From Myxococcota bacterium (lineage in GTDB: Bacteria; Myxococcota_A; SURF-8; G963663525): a stretch of 64,000 nt of DNA. The stretch lies in the NCBI GenBank assembly GCA_963676915.2, contig CAXXVK010000035.1, positions 64,001 through 128,000 on the forward strand, given 5' to 3'. Within the stretch, counting starts at the first letter, position 1. Each line of letters starts with the position of its first letter. Positions 42,554 to 50,610 of this stretch are shown in pieces. The position numbers were made by a program, and so were the translations under genes. Below the pieces are notes generated by a model, which was not told where the DNA came from, ran no database searches, and was given only the letters and a program-made list of their open reading frames with translations.

Positions 42554-43768
42554 TCATTTTACGCTATTTTCGCCCTTTTTCGCCTCCCGGTTTTTCACGA
42601 CATCCAAACGCTTAAGAACCAACTGTTCCAGCACGATCGCATCCAACCTACCTGCATAATAATATTTCCCGTCCAGGACGATGGCGGGCGTTCCGGGAAG
42701 ACCGATTTGCAACCCCTCGTGGATGTCGCTTTCCACCGCAAGTCTGGTGTTTTCTTCAGCCAGACATTCAGCCATTTTTCCCGCATCCAACCCCAATTCT
42801 TCGATCCACTGTTGCAATTTTACAGAGTCGATGTCGTCTTGGTTGGTGAATGCGACTTCGGAAAATTCCAGAAATTTCATTTGCTTATCAGCACAACGAG
42901 CAACTCTGGCCGCTTCGCAGGCATAGCGATGGTAAGGTTGCTTGATACTGGGGTTGCAGGCTTCGTCGAGCGGAAAATCTTTGTGCACGATTTTTAATTC
43001 CGAAACCCGCGTGATGAGATCCCGTAGCGAGGCGTGCAGGGTTTTGCAGTGACCGCATTGGAAATCGGAAAACTCGGCCAGCACCACTTTTCCCTTCGGA
43101 TTACCGAAGGTCGGACCGTCCAGCATGATGGGTTTGTCGAGTTTCACAAGGTTCTGCAACAGGTTTTCCACGGTCGGCGGTTGACGAAAAGCTTCGGCTG
43201 CCGACGTATAGTACAAAACGCTGGCCATGACCGCAGCCACGAAAAACAGGGAAACAAGCTTGTATGGATCCGAGAACTGCTGACGTAAGTCCTTGAAAAG
43301 AATCGTAATTCCTTCTATCAACCCTCGCTCGGAGGCAAAGAAGGCCAGGATCGTCAATGCAAGGTTGACCGCGTACAGAGCCATGCACATGATGCACCAG
43401 GTACCGATCACGGCATGACTGACCCAGGCCAGCAAAGCCGAATACAGCACGGATGCAATTCCCAGCCAGAAGATCAACTCGATTCCGTGAGGATAATAGC
43501 GCCGGATGCGCCAGCGACAACCGGCCGCCAACCAGCCTACAAACAAATAAAACAGGAAACCGAACGCAGCGATCGGGACACCGAACAGCGTGGACCAGTC
43601 GCTGGCGGCCACGCGGTCGCAGTTGACCTCTGCCGAAATATTGCAGTGACTTTGGTAGTTTGCCGTTCCCGCGTCCACGTTGTATTTGATCATCACGAGA
43701 TCGACGGACACGGCCATTCCCACAATCGCCACAACGACGAGGGCCAGTATGAGCCAGGGATGTTTCAC
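42554..43768 (-). CDS. VKOR - DsbA/thioredoxin fusion (disulfide bond formation)
   Basis: CNISAEVNCDRV..S loop cysteines, TM helices, WCIMC CxxC; C-terminal EFSDFQCGHC, FPL, GTP cis-Pro. Confidence 0.92.
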   Translation of the reverse strand: MKHPWLILALVVVAIVGMAVSVDLVMIKYNVDAGTANYQSHCNISAEVNCDRVAASDWSTLFGVPIAAFGFLFYLFVGWLAAGCRWRIRRYYPHGIELIFWLGIASVLYSALLAWVSHAVIGTWCIMCMALYAVNLALTILAFFASERGLIEGITILFKDLRQQFSDPYKLVSLFFVAAVMASVLYYTSAAEAFRQPPTVENLLQNLVKLDKPIMLDGPTFGNPKGKVVLAEFSDFQCGHCKTLHASLRDLITRVSELKIVHKDFPLDEACNPSIKQPYHRYACEAARVARCADKQMKFLEFSEVAFTNQDDIDSVKLQQWIEELGLDAGKMAECLAEENTRLAVESDIHEGLQIGLPGTPAIVLDGKYYYAGRLDAIVLEQLVLKRLDVVKNREAKKGENSVK

Positions 43769-43780
43769 GAAACCCCTCTT

Positions 43781-45565
43781 TCACGAATAGAAACGGTCGA
43801 TGATATCCTTATATTTTTCTTCGATAAAACGTCGCCGAAGTTTTCCGGTAATGGTCAATTCCCCGGTTTTTTCGGAAAACGACTCGGGAACGATGTAGAA
43901 CTTCTTGATCGTTTCATAACTGGCAAGATACTGATTTTTCTCCTGAATTCCACTTTCAATCAGCTTGATGATCTCCGGATGCTCGCACAGGGCGTTCCAG
44001 TCTCCACCGGTGGAGATATTGCGTTCTTCGGCCCATTTTTCCACGCGTTCGCGTTCGAGAGTCACAAGCCCGGTCAGGTAGTTCCGCTTGTCGCCGTGTA
44101 CGAGAATTTCCTCGATGAAGTCCGCGTCGCGAATCAAGTTCTCGATGTTCTGCGGGGAAATGTTTTTGCCGGTGGAAGTGACGATCAGGTTCTTTTTCCG
44201 ATCGGTGATCGACAAAAACCCTTCGCCGTCGATTTCGCCGATGTCCCCGGTATGCAACCAGCGATCCGGCGTAAACGCCCGCTTCGTTTCCTCGGGAAGA
44301 TCGTAGTATTTCTCCATCACGATCGGCCCGCGAATCAACACCTCGCCTTCGTCGTCGGTGATTACCTCCACCCCAGGGATTGCTTTGCCGACCGTTCCCA
44401 ATTTGTACTGTTTCAAGGTATTTACAGTTGCCGCACCGCAAATTTCGGTCATACCGAATCCTTCGAGAATCATGATTCCGGCGGCTCGAAAAGCTTCGGC
44501 CACCGAGCGATTCAAAGGAGCGCCGGAGGAAATGAACCAGCGAATACGACCACCGAAGCTTTCGTGCAGATCATCGAAAAACATCCGCCTTGATATGCGG
44601 TAACGCAAGGACAACAACGCCGAAGGTTTCCGGTTGTTTTCCAGCGACCGACCGAACTGGCGACCGACATGAATGGCCCGCAAAAACAGCTTGAAATTGA
44701 GATCTCCACGCGCTTTGGCAAGATTGAGCGTGGTTTCGTAGATTTTTTCATAGACACGCGGAACCGCCGCCATCCAGTGGGGGCGAACTTGGGCGATGTT
44801 TTCGAGCAATTTTTCGTAGCTTTCCGCATAGGCCGCAACACCACCGGTTTTAATGCATAAAAACTGCAACACCCGCCCGAAAATGTGGGCAAACGGTAAA
44901 AACAACAACGTAACGGTATGTTCCTGAAGCGGCAGAGCTTGCCCCAACCCTTTCAACTGTGCCAGCATCGCCGACTGTTTCAGCACCACGCCACGAGGAG
45001 GACCGTAGCTGGAAGGCGTGTAAACGATGGTAAATACATCGTTTTCGTTGCTGAGGCGGCTTGTGTTTTCGTAGCGGTCTTCGTCCGGTACCTCACGGCC
45101 TAACTCTAAAAGCGATTGCCAGGTGACCACCGTGTCGTCGTCCGGGTCCGATCCATCGATCAGGATGACCCGTTCGAGGTGAATCATCCGCTTTCGGGCT
45201 TCTTGAAGGCGTGTGTAAAGAGACGGACTTTCGACGATGACGATTTTCATCTCGCATTGCTGGATGATGTATTCACATTCCATCGGACGATACGAGTGAT
45301 TGATGGGAACGGTAATCCCTCCGGCCCCTAAAATTCCCAGATCGGCGAAACTCCACTCGGGACGCGTCCCGGCGTACAGGCCGATTTTGTCGCCTTTTTC
45401 CACGCCCAATGCCCGCAATCCCTGGGAGATGAGCCGGACTTTTTCCATCATATCGTTCCAGGTCCATTCCACCCAACGCCCGTGCATTTTGTAACGCAGT
45501 GCGCCATTCGGACCCGACAGCCGCACCCGCCGCTGGAACAACCCGTTGAGACCTCTTGCTTCCAT
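43781..45565 (-). CDS. Long-chain acyl-CoA synthetase-like protein (FAA1 type) with atypical P-loop
   Basis: LPFAHIFGR, VPRVYEK, EGFGMTE, LHTGDIG, DRKKNLIVTSTGKNISPQ; P-loop reads YTPSSYGPPRG. Confidence 0.88.
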   Translation of the reverse strand: MEARGLNGLFQRRVRLSGPNGALRYKMHGRWVEWTWNDMMEKVRLISQGLRALGVEKGDKIGLYAGTRPEWSFADLGILGAGGITVPINHSYRPMECEYIIQQCEMKIVIVESPSLYTRLQEARKRMIHLERVILIDGSDPDDDTVVTWQSLLELGREVPDEDRYENTSRLSNENDVFTIVYTPSSYGPPRGVVLKQSAMLAQLKGLGQALPLQEHTVTLLFLPFAHIFGRVLQFLCIKTGGVAAYAESYEKLLENIAQVRPHWMAAVPRVYEKIYETTLNLAKARGDLNFKLFLRAIHVGRQFGRSLENNRKPSALLSLRYRISRRMFFDDLHESFGGRIRWFISSGAPLNRSVAEAFRAAGIMILEGFGMTEICGAATVNTLKQYKLGTVGKAIPGVEVITDDEGEVLIRGPIVMEKYYDLPEETKRAFTPDRWLHTGDIGEIDGEGFLSITDRKKNLIVTSTGKNISPQNIENLIRDADFIEEILVHGDKRNYLTGLVTLERERVEKWAEERNISTGGDWNALCEHPEIIKLIESGIQEKNQYLASYETIKKFYIVPESFSEKTGELTITGKLRRRFIEEKYKDIIDRFYS

Positions 45566-45726
45566 ACGGTTCCCTTTCCGTCGGAAATCGATTTTTTCTT
45601 TTATACACCAGTCCTGAACGATGGGCAATGCTGCGACCGATGTTCCCATGAGTCCGAAGCAAAAGGGTAGAGAATCCACTGGGTGCATCACAAAATAGTG
45701 CGACTTTCGTAAAATCCTCTTTTTTC

Positions 45727-45821
45727 GTAGCGGCGAGGCGTAAGCCCGCCGTTTTTGCCTTTTGAAAGTTGCTTTTATGCCCCCAATCTCACTTTTCGGC
45801 GGGCTTACGCCTCGCCGCTAC
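45727..45821. repeat. REP doublet (REPIN), family C
   Basis: Perfect 25-bp inverted repeat GTAGCGGCGAGGCGTAAGCCCGCCG with 45-bp spacer; each unit = GTAG + bulged hairpin. Confidence 0.85.
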
Positions 45822-45909
45822 AACCAAATGAATGAATGATTCAATATTATTGGGCCAATTCGCACCATTTTGTGATGCACCCGAATCCACTGCCAAATTT
45901 CCCATTCGT

Positions 45910-45939
45910 TTGACACCCCTGCCCTGCTGGAAGTATAGT
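45910..45939 (+). promoter_or_regulatory. Sigma70-type promoter of tRNA-Sec
   Basis: TTGACA-N18-TATAGT ending 7 nt before the tRNA. Confidence 0.75.
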
Positions 45940-45946
45940 TTCGGGT

Positions 45947-46044
45947 GGAAGTGGAAGAGTACCTGGTGGGCTCCGCGGTCTTCAAAATCGTAGCGAGGCA
46001 CTGACCGTGTCTTGGGTGGGTTCGATTCCCATGCACTTCCGCCA
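45947..46044 (+). tRNA. selC: tRNA-Sec (anticodon UCA)
   Basis: GGAAGTG/CACTTCC acceptor, discriminator G, encoded CCA, D loop TGGT, anticodon loop CTTCAAA, long variable arm CGAGGCAC/GTGTCTTG, T arm GTGGG-TTCGATT-CCCAT; 98 nt. Confidence 0.95.
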
Positions 46045-46055
46045 TTTTTTCCACC

Positions 46056-46086
46056 ACCCGGAAACGTTTTTCGTCTCCGGGTTTTG
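46056..46086 (+). terminator. Probable terminator after selC
   Basis: ACCCGGAAACG-TTTTT-CGTCTCCGGGT then T-rich tail. Confidence 0.65.
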
Positions 46087-46110
46087 TTTGTGTGACAACG
46101 GATACCCGCG

Positions 46111-47211
46111 ATGAACGGACGTAACGTATTCTACCGATTTTTCACGTTTCGACTCAACCTGTTGCAGGTTGGCCTCGTTTGGATCTGTCTGTTCCTTTTC
46201 GCGTGTACGGAGGACGGCAGTTCCTCCGGCGGCGATACGGATACCGAAACGGTGCTGCCGGATTCCTGCGAAGGTGTCACCGAACTGTTTCCCGTCGAGG
46301 AAATGCTGATTCACCCCGAGCATTCCTGTTATGCCTGGGTTCGTGAGGTATTTCCCCGAGCCATCAAAGCAGGTTCCAGCGGAAGCGGCGCCATCGTGAG
46401 TCTCGATACCGACCAAGGCACGGGACTGGCTATGTCTGCGGCTCACGTTCTCAAAACGTTCGAGGAAAACGACGAGGGCGAGATCGTCGAAACGATGGTT
46501 TCTCCTGCAGAACGACAGGGACTTCGGTTTGTACGGTTGAGCCGCGAAGAGGGCGGAACCCCCGCCGACGCCTACAACGCCACGTTTATTTTTTACCATC
46601 CCACCATTTCCCAGGATGAACGCGCCGACGGCTTTGCGAACATTCTTCCTCGCCACGACTTTTTCCTTGCCGCCGTCGATGCCCAGCTTTCCGATGCCTC
46701 CGAAACCTTCGATTCGTTCGATTCCATCGGTTCCGATGCACCGCAGCTTCCCACACTGGAAAACGATACCCTTCCCGATTTCGTCGTTCGGGATGTCCGA
46801 CCCGACGATCTCGTGATGTTCATCGGCTATCCGGCCGGAGGAGCATATCCCAACCGTTTGTCTGCCGGAGTGGGGCGGGTGTTGTCCGAGGCGGAAATCG
46901 AGACGGCACAGGCCGATCTTCGAGATATCGGCGACGAAGAAGGCGATCTTGCCTATGATGCCGAGGCGGAAATGATGCTGGAAGCTCAGGCTTTGCCCGG
47001 CATGAGCGGTGGCGGCGTCTTCGACCTCGGAGGAAGGCTTGTGGGAGTACTGGTCCGAGGATCGACCGAGACCGACGCACCGATGCACATCGTTCGGGCG
47101 GTGCGGGTGCCATTTATCGCCGGACGTATTCGAGAAACGCTCGAAAATCTCGAAGTGGAACAGCAACTGGCGGTAAAACCTTTTCTCGATTCAAGCCTGA
47201 TCGGCGATTAA
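46111..47211 (+). CDS. Trypsin-like serine protease lipoprotein
   Basis: Lipobox LFA-C; SGSGAIV, SAAHV (His), HDFFL (Asp), PGMSGGGVFD (Ser). Confidence 0.85.
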   Translation: MNGRNVFYRFFTFRLNLLQVGLVWICLFLFACTEDGSSSGGDTDTETVLPDSCEGVTELFPVEEMLIHPEHSCYAWVREVFPRAIKAGSSGSGAIVSLDTDQGTGLAMSAAHVLKTFEENDEGEIVETMVSPAERQGLRFVRLSREEGGTPADAYNATFIFYHPTISQDERADGFANILPRHDFFLAAVDAQLSDASETFDSFDSIGSDAPQLPTLENDTLPDFVVRDVRPDDLVMFIGYPAGGAYPNRLSAGVGRVLSEAEIETAQADLRDIGDEEGDLAYDAEAEMMLEAQALPGMSGGGVFDLGGRLVGVLVRGSTETDAPMHIVRAVRVPFIAGRIRETLENLEVEQQLAVKPFLDSSLIGD

Positions 47212-47418
47212 CTCGAAGTATTCCTGAAAAACCGGCGGCGAAATTGCCCGAAAGCATCCGAAAAGCGACAGAACGGTATCTTCACTTCTAGCGAACCGTT
47301 GAAAAAATAAAAGATGTACGAGGAAACACGGATTTGTACGATTGGCTCGGCTTGTGGTAGGAGGATGCCGTAAGGTTGTATGGAATTGGAGCGAATTCCG
47401 GGAAGCGGGACTAAAAGT

Positions 47419-49233
47419 ATGAATTTACTGCTGGGTTTGCAACAGGTCGGTTTATCGTTCGGGGACACACGGTTGTTCGACGACGTATCCCTGTTCGTTC
47501 ACGAAGGGGAGCGCCTGGGCATCATCGGAGCGAACGGCATCGGCAAAAGCTCGCTCGTGCGTCTGATGAGCGGCGAGTACGGTCCCGACCGGGGAACGGT
47601 GAATCGCCGAAAAGGACTTCGAATAGGAATCGTCGAGCAAACGCCCGAATTCGAGGCGGACCGCTCGGTAGAGGAAATTCTCGTCGAATGCATTTCTCAA
47701 AGCGAATCGTACGAAGCGGACAACGACATCGAATGTCAGGTCAAAGCCTCGATTATACTGGATAAACTCGGGTTCGAGGACACTTCGAAGAAAGCAGGCA
47801 CCCTTTCGGGCGGCTGGCTGAAACGGCTGGCGATTGCAGCTGCATTGGTCAACGATCCCCACATTCTGCTGCTCGATGAACCGACCAACCACCTCGACAT
47901 CGAGGGTATTTTGTGGTTGGAAAAATGGCTGGTCGGACAGCGCTCGGCCTGCGTGATCATCAGCCACGACCGGGCGTTTCTAGAGGCCACCGCCACCAAA
48001 ATCGTCGAACTCGATCGATCCTACCCGGATTATCTGCTCATCTCCGAGGGTGGATACAGCCGCTTTCTCGAACACCGGGCCGCATTTCGTCAAACACAGG
48101 CCAAAACCCTGGAATCGTTGGAAAACAAGGTTCGCAACGAAATCGAATGGCTCAAGCAGGGTGCCAAGGCAAGGGCCTCGAAAGACAAACTTCACACGGA
48201 ACAGGCACACAAGCTGATCGAAGAGTTGGCCGAGGTGCGCCGGAAAACCACCGAAATCCGCGCCGACATCGACTTTACCGCCAGTGGTCGCAAGACCAAA
48301 CGGCTGCTCGTCGCTCGAAGCCTGGGCAAATCCCGAGGTGGAAAGACGTTGTTTAGCAATCTGGATTTGTTGCTCAAACCCGGATTGAAGCTCGGCCTCG
48401 TCGGTGCCAACGGCAGTGGAAAAACCACATTATTGAAAATTCTCGCCGGACAGATGGAGCAGGACGAAGGTGAAATCCGCCGGGCGGACAACCTCAAGGT
48501 GGTGGTTTTCGACCAGAAACGGGAGACGCTCGATCCGTCTCTGACGCTGGGCAAAGCCTTGTGCGAAGACGGCGACGGCGTGGTATTCCGAGGCGGCGTG
48601 ATTCATGTGGCAAGCTGGGCCAAACGTTTCGGGTTCGATACGCGCCAACTCGATACCCCGGTGGGACGTCTTTCGGGTGGCGAACAGGCGAAAATCCAGA
48701 TCGCCCGCTTGATGCTCGAAACGGCGGATGTACTGCTGCTCGACGAACCGACCAACGACCTCGACCTTCCCACCCTGGAAATTCTCGAACGCAACCTTTC
48801 GGAATTCCCCGGAGCGCTGGTGCTCGTTACCCACGACCGCTACATGCTCGACCACCTTTGCTCGGTGATGATCGGCCTTGACGGCACGGGAAATCACCAT
48901 ATCGTGGCGGATTACGCCCAGTGGATCGAGACGCTGGAAAATCTTCAAAACGACAAAAAGGACAAAGAACCGAAAAAAGCGCCAAAAGCACCACGAAAAA
49001 AGACGCAGAGCAAAAAGCTGTCGTACCTGGAACAGCGGGAATACGACGGTCTGGAAGACGCACTTTTAGAAGCGGAAGAAAAGGTGGCGGATCTGGAAAA
49101 TCTTCTGGCGGACCCGGAAGTAGCCTCCGACCCGGCCCGCGCTGAAGAGACATACAACGAGCTTGAAACGAGCCGTGCACGGGTTGAAGCGCTTTATGCG
49201 CGATGGGAGGAACTGGAAAACAAGCAGGGATAG
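47419..49233 (+). CDS. uup: ABC-F family ATPase, Uup-like
   Basis: Two ABC domains (GANGIGKS, LSGG, LLLDEPTNHLD; GANGSGKT, LSGGE, DEPTNDLD), no TM, C-terminal KKLSYLEQRE...LYARWEELE coiled coil; start could be 47380. Confidence 0.88.
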   Translation: MNLLLGLQQVGLSFGDTRLFDDVSLFVHEGERLGIIGANGIGKSSLVRLMSGEYGPDRGTVNRRKGLRIGIVEQTPEFEADRSVEEILVECISQSESYEADNDIECQVKASIILDKLGFEDTSKKAGTLSGGWLKRLAIAAALVNDPHILLLDEPTNHLDIEGILWLEKWLVGQRSACVIISHDRAFLEATATKIVELDRSYPDYLLISEGGYSRFLEHRAAFRQTQAKTLESLENKVRNEIEWLKQGAKARASKDKLHTEQAHKLIEELAEVRRKTTEIRADIDFTASGRKTKRLLVARSLGKSRGGKTLFSNLDLLLKPGLKLGLVGANGSGKTTLLKILAGQMEQDEGEIRRADNLKVVVFDQKRETLDPSLTLGKALCEDGDGVVFRGGVIHVASWAKRFGFDTRQLDTPVGRLSGGEQAKIQIARLMLETADVLLLDEPTNDLDLPTLEILERNLSEFPGALVLVTHDRYMLDHLCSVMIGLDGTGNHHIVADYAQWIETLENLQNDKKDKEPKKAPKAPRKKTQSKKLSYLEQREYDGLEDALLEAEEKVADLENLLADPEVASDPARAEETYNELETSRARVEALYARWEELENKQG

Positions 49234-49271
49234 TCCTATCTGGAACCCCAACGTATTTTCATAAAGACAAG

Positions 49272-50312
49272 TTATTTCAAGAGTTTATCCGTACAGATCA
49301 CCCGGTTCCTGCCTTTTTGTTTGGCCATATACAAGCGGCGATCGGCCGTACGAACCAACGCTTGCAAATGGTTACGAATCCCACTTTCCAACTTGCCGTG
49401 GGCCACGCCGATGCTGATGGTTATCGGGATATCGGTCTGGCTTTGGGTTTCGATCATGGAGCGAATTTCTTCGGCAATGGTTTCCAGTGCGCCAGGTTCG
49501 ACAGGAGAGAGAAAGACCATGAATTCCTCGCCGCCGTAGCGCCCGATGACGTCGGACGAGCGAATCCTTTTCTTGATCATGTTCGCCGTCCAGCAGATCA
49601 CCTCATCTCCCTTCTGGTGCCCATGGGTGTCATTGATGTCCTTGAAATGATCGATGTCGATCATCATGATACCCACTTCCGTGGTGTTGCGTTGGGCGAT
49701 GTGAGCAAGCATTTCAATGGTGTTGAACAAGCCTCGGCGATTGTAAATCCCCGTTAACAGGTCGGTTTTACTCTGAATGGCCAACTGGCGGTTTTGCTGC
49801 CAAAGCTGGCGGATCGCGCCGCCTAAAAGTTTCAACTCGGGTTTTTCATCATCGAAGGTCTTGAAAGCTTCCACGTAGCGGTTCAAACGCCATTCGTAGT
49901 TTCGCTCGGTCTTGTCCGTTCCGGCCATCGTGCTGAAATACTGGCAGATGGTTTCGAAGGCGGGGTGTAATAGATGAAGTTCCAGATTGAGCGCCAGCAA
50001 AAACGCTTTCTGGTTATCTTCGATGTTCTGACTTTGGATTTCGATTTTCAGAATTTCGTCCCGAACTGCGGTCAGGTCGTTTTTGGTTTCCACCGGGTCG
50101 GAAAACAGCGGGGGCAGCGGTCCGGACCCTACCAGACTGACGACCTGTTCCCACAAGTCGCGACTTTCCCGTTCGCGCTCGACCATTTCGTCCCAGAACT
50201 TCCGTTGGTCGGGATGTTTCGTTTTACGCTTCAGGTTGTCATAAACCTCGGTGGCCAGTTGATGGGCAACGAGGCATAGCCAGATGATGTCTCCCAGCGG
50301 ACTCTCGGACAT
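49272..50312 (-). CDS. Diguanylate cyclase with helical, ferritin/rubrerythrin-like N-terminus
   Basis: DLLTGIYNRR, DIDHFKDINDTHGHQKGD, RSSD I-site, RYGGEEF; start moved to 50312 after GGAAGG. Confidence 0.92.
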   Translation of the reverse strand: MSESPLGDIIWLCLVAHQLATEVYDNLKRKTKHPDQRKFWDEMVERERESRDLWEQVVSLVGSGPLPPLFSDPVETKNDLTAVRDEILKIEIQSQNIEDNQKAFLLALNLELHLLHPAFETICQYFSTMAGTDKTERNYEWRLNRYVEAFKTFDDEKPELKLLGGAIRQLWQQNRQLAIQSKTDLLTGIYNRRGLFNTIEMLAHIAQRNTTEVGIMMIDIDHFKDINDTHGHQKGDEVICWTANMIKKRIRSSDVIGRYGGEEFMVFLSPVEPGALETIAEEIRSMIETQSQTDIPITISIGVAHGKLESGIRNHLQALVRTADRRLYMAKQKGRNRVICTDKLLK

Positions 50313-50610
50313 GTTCGCCTTCCTGCTCGATCCCTTCGAAAACACGAGCTTTTTGCCGTTTTCCGAATGCAGCTTTTCATTTTCAATGGTTTGTAAATCC
50401 GTGCAAAAACCGGAAAACGTCCCGTGCGTCAAACGATTTCCGACCGTAGCGCTTCCCGCAAGAAAAGCACCGATTCATTGGAAAGGGAGTATAGCAGAAA
50501 ACTTTATGAAAGAATCGCGAATTTTATATTTTTCTATGGAACGGGGAGAATTTTATTGTGCGATTTTCGCGGTCCCTCCTCGATTAACGGGGATTGCATC
50601 CCCGTTAATC

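Noticed and set aside
45829-45846. Second FadR box upstream of the atypical acyl-CoA synthetase (TGAATGAATGATTCAATA), and similar TGAATGA at ~5053
   Set aside because: Only one good half-site; spacing does not match the 7-4-7 palindrome
45947-47211. Genomic island integrated at selC
   Set aside because: No integrase, no duplicated tRNA 3' end noticed, no clear composition shift
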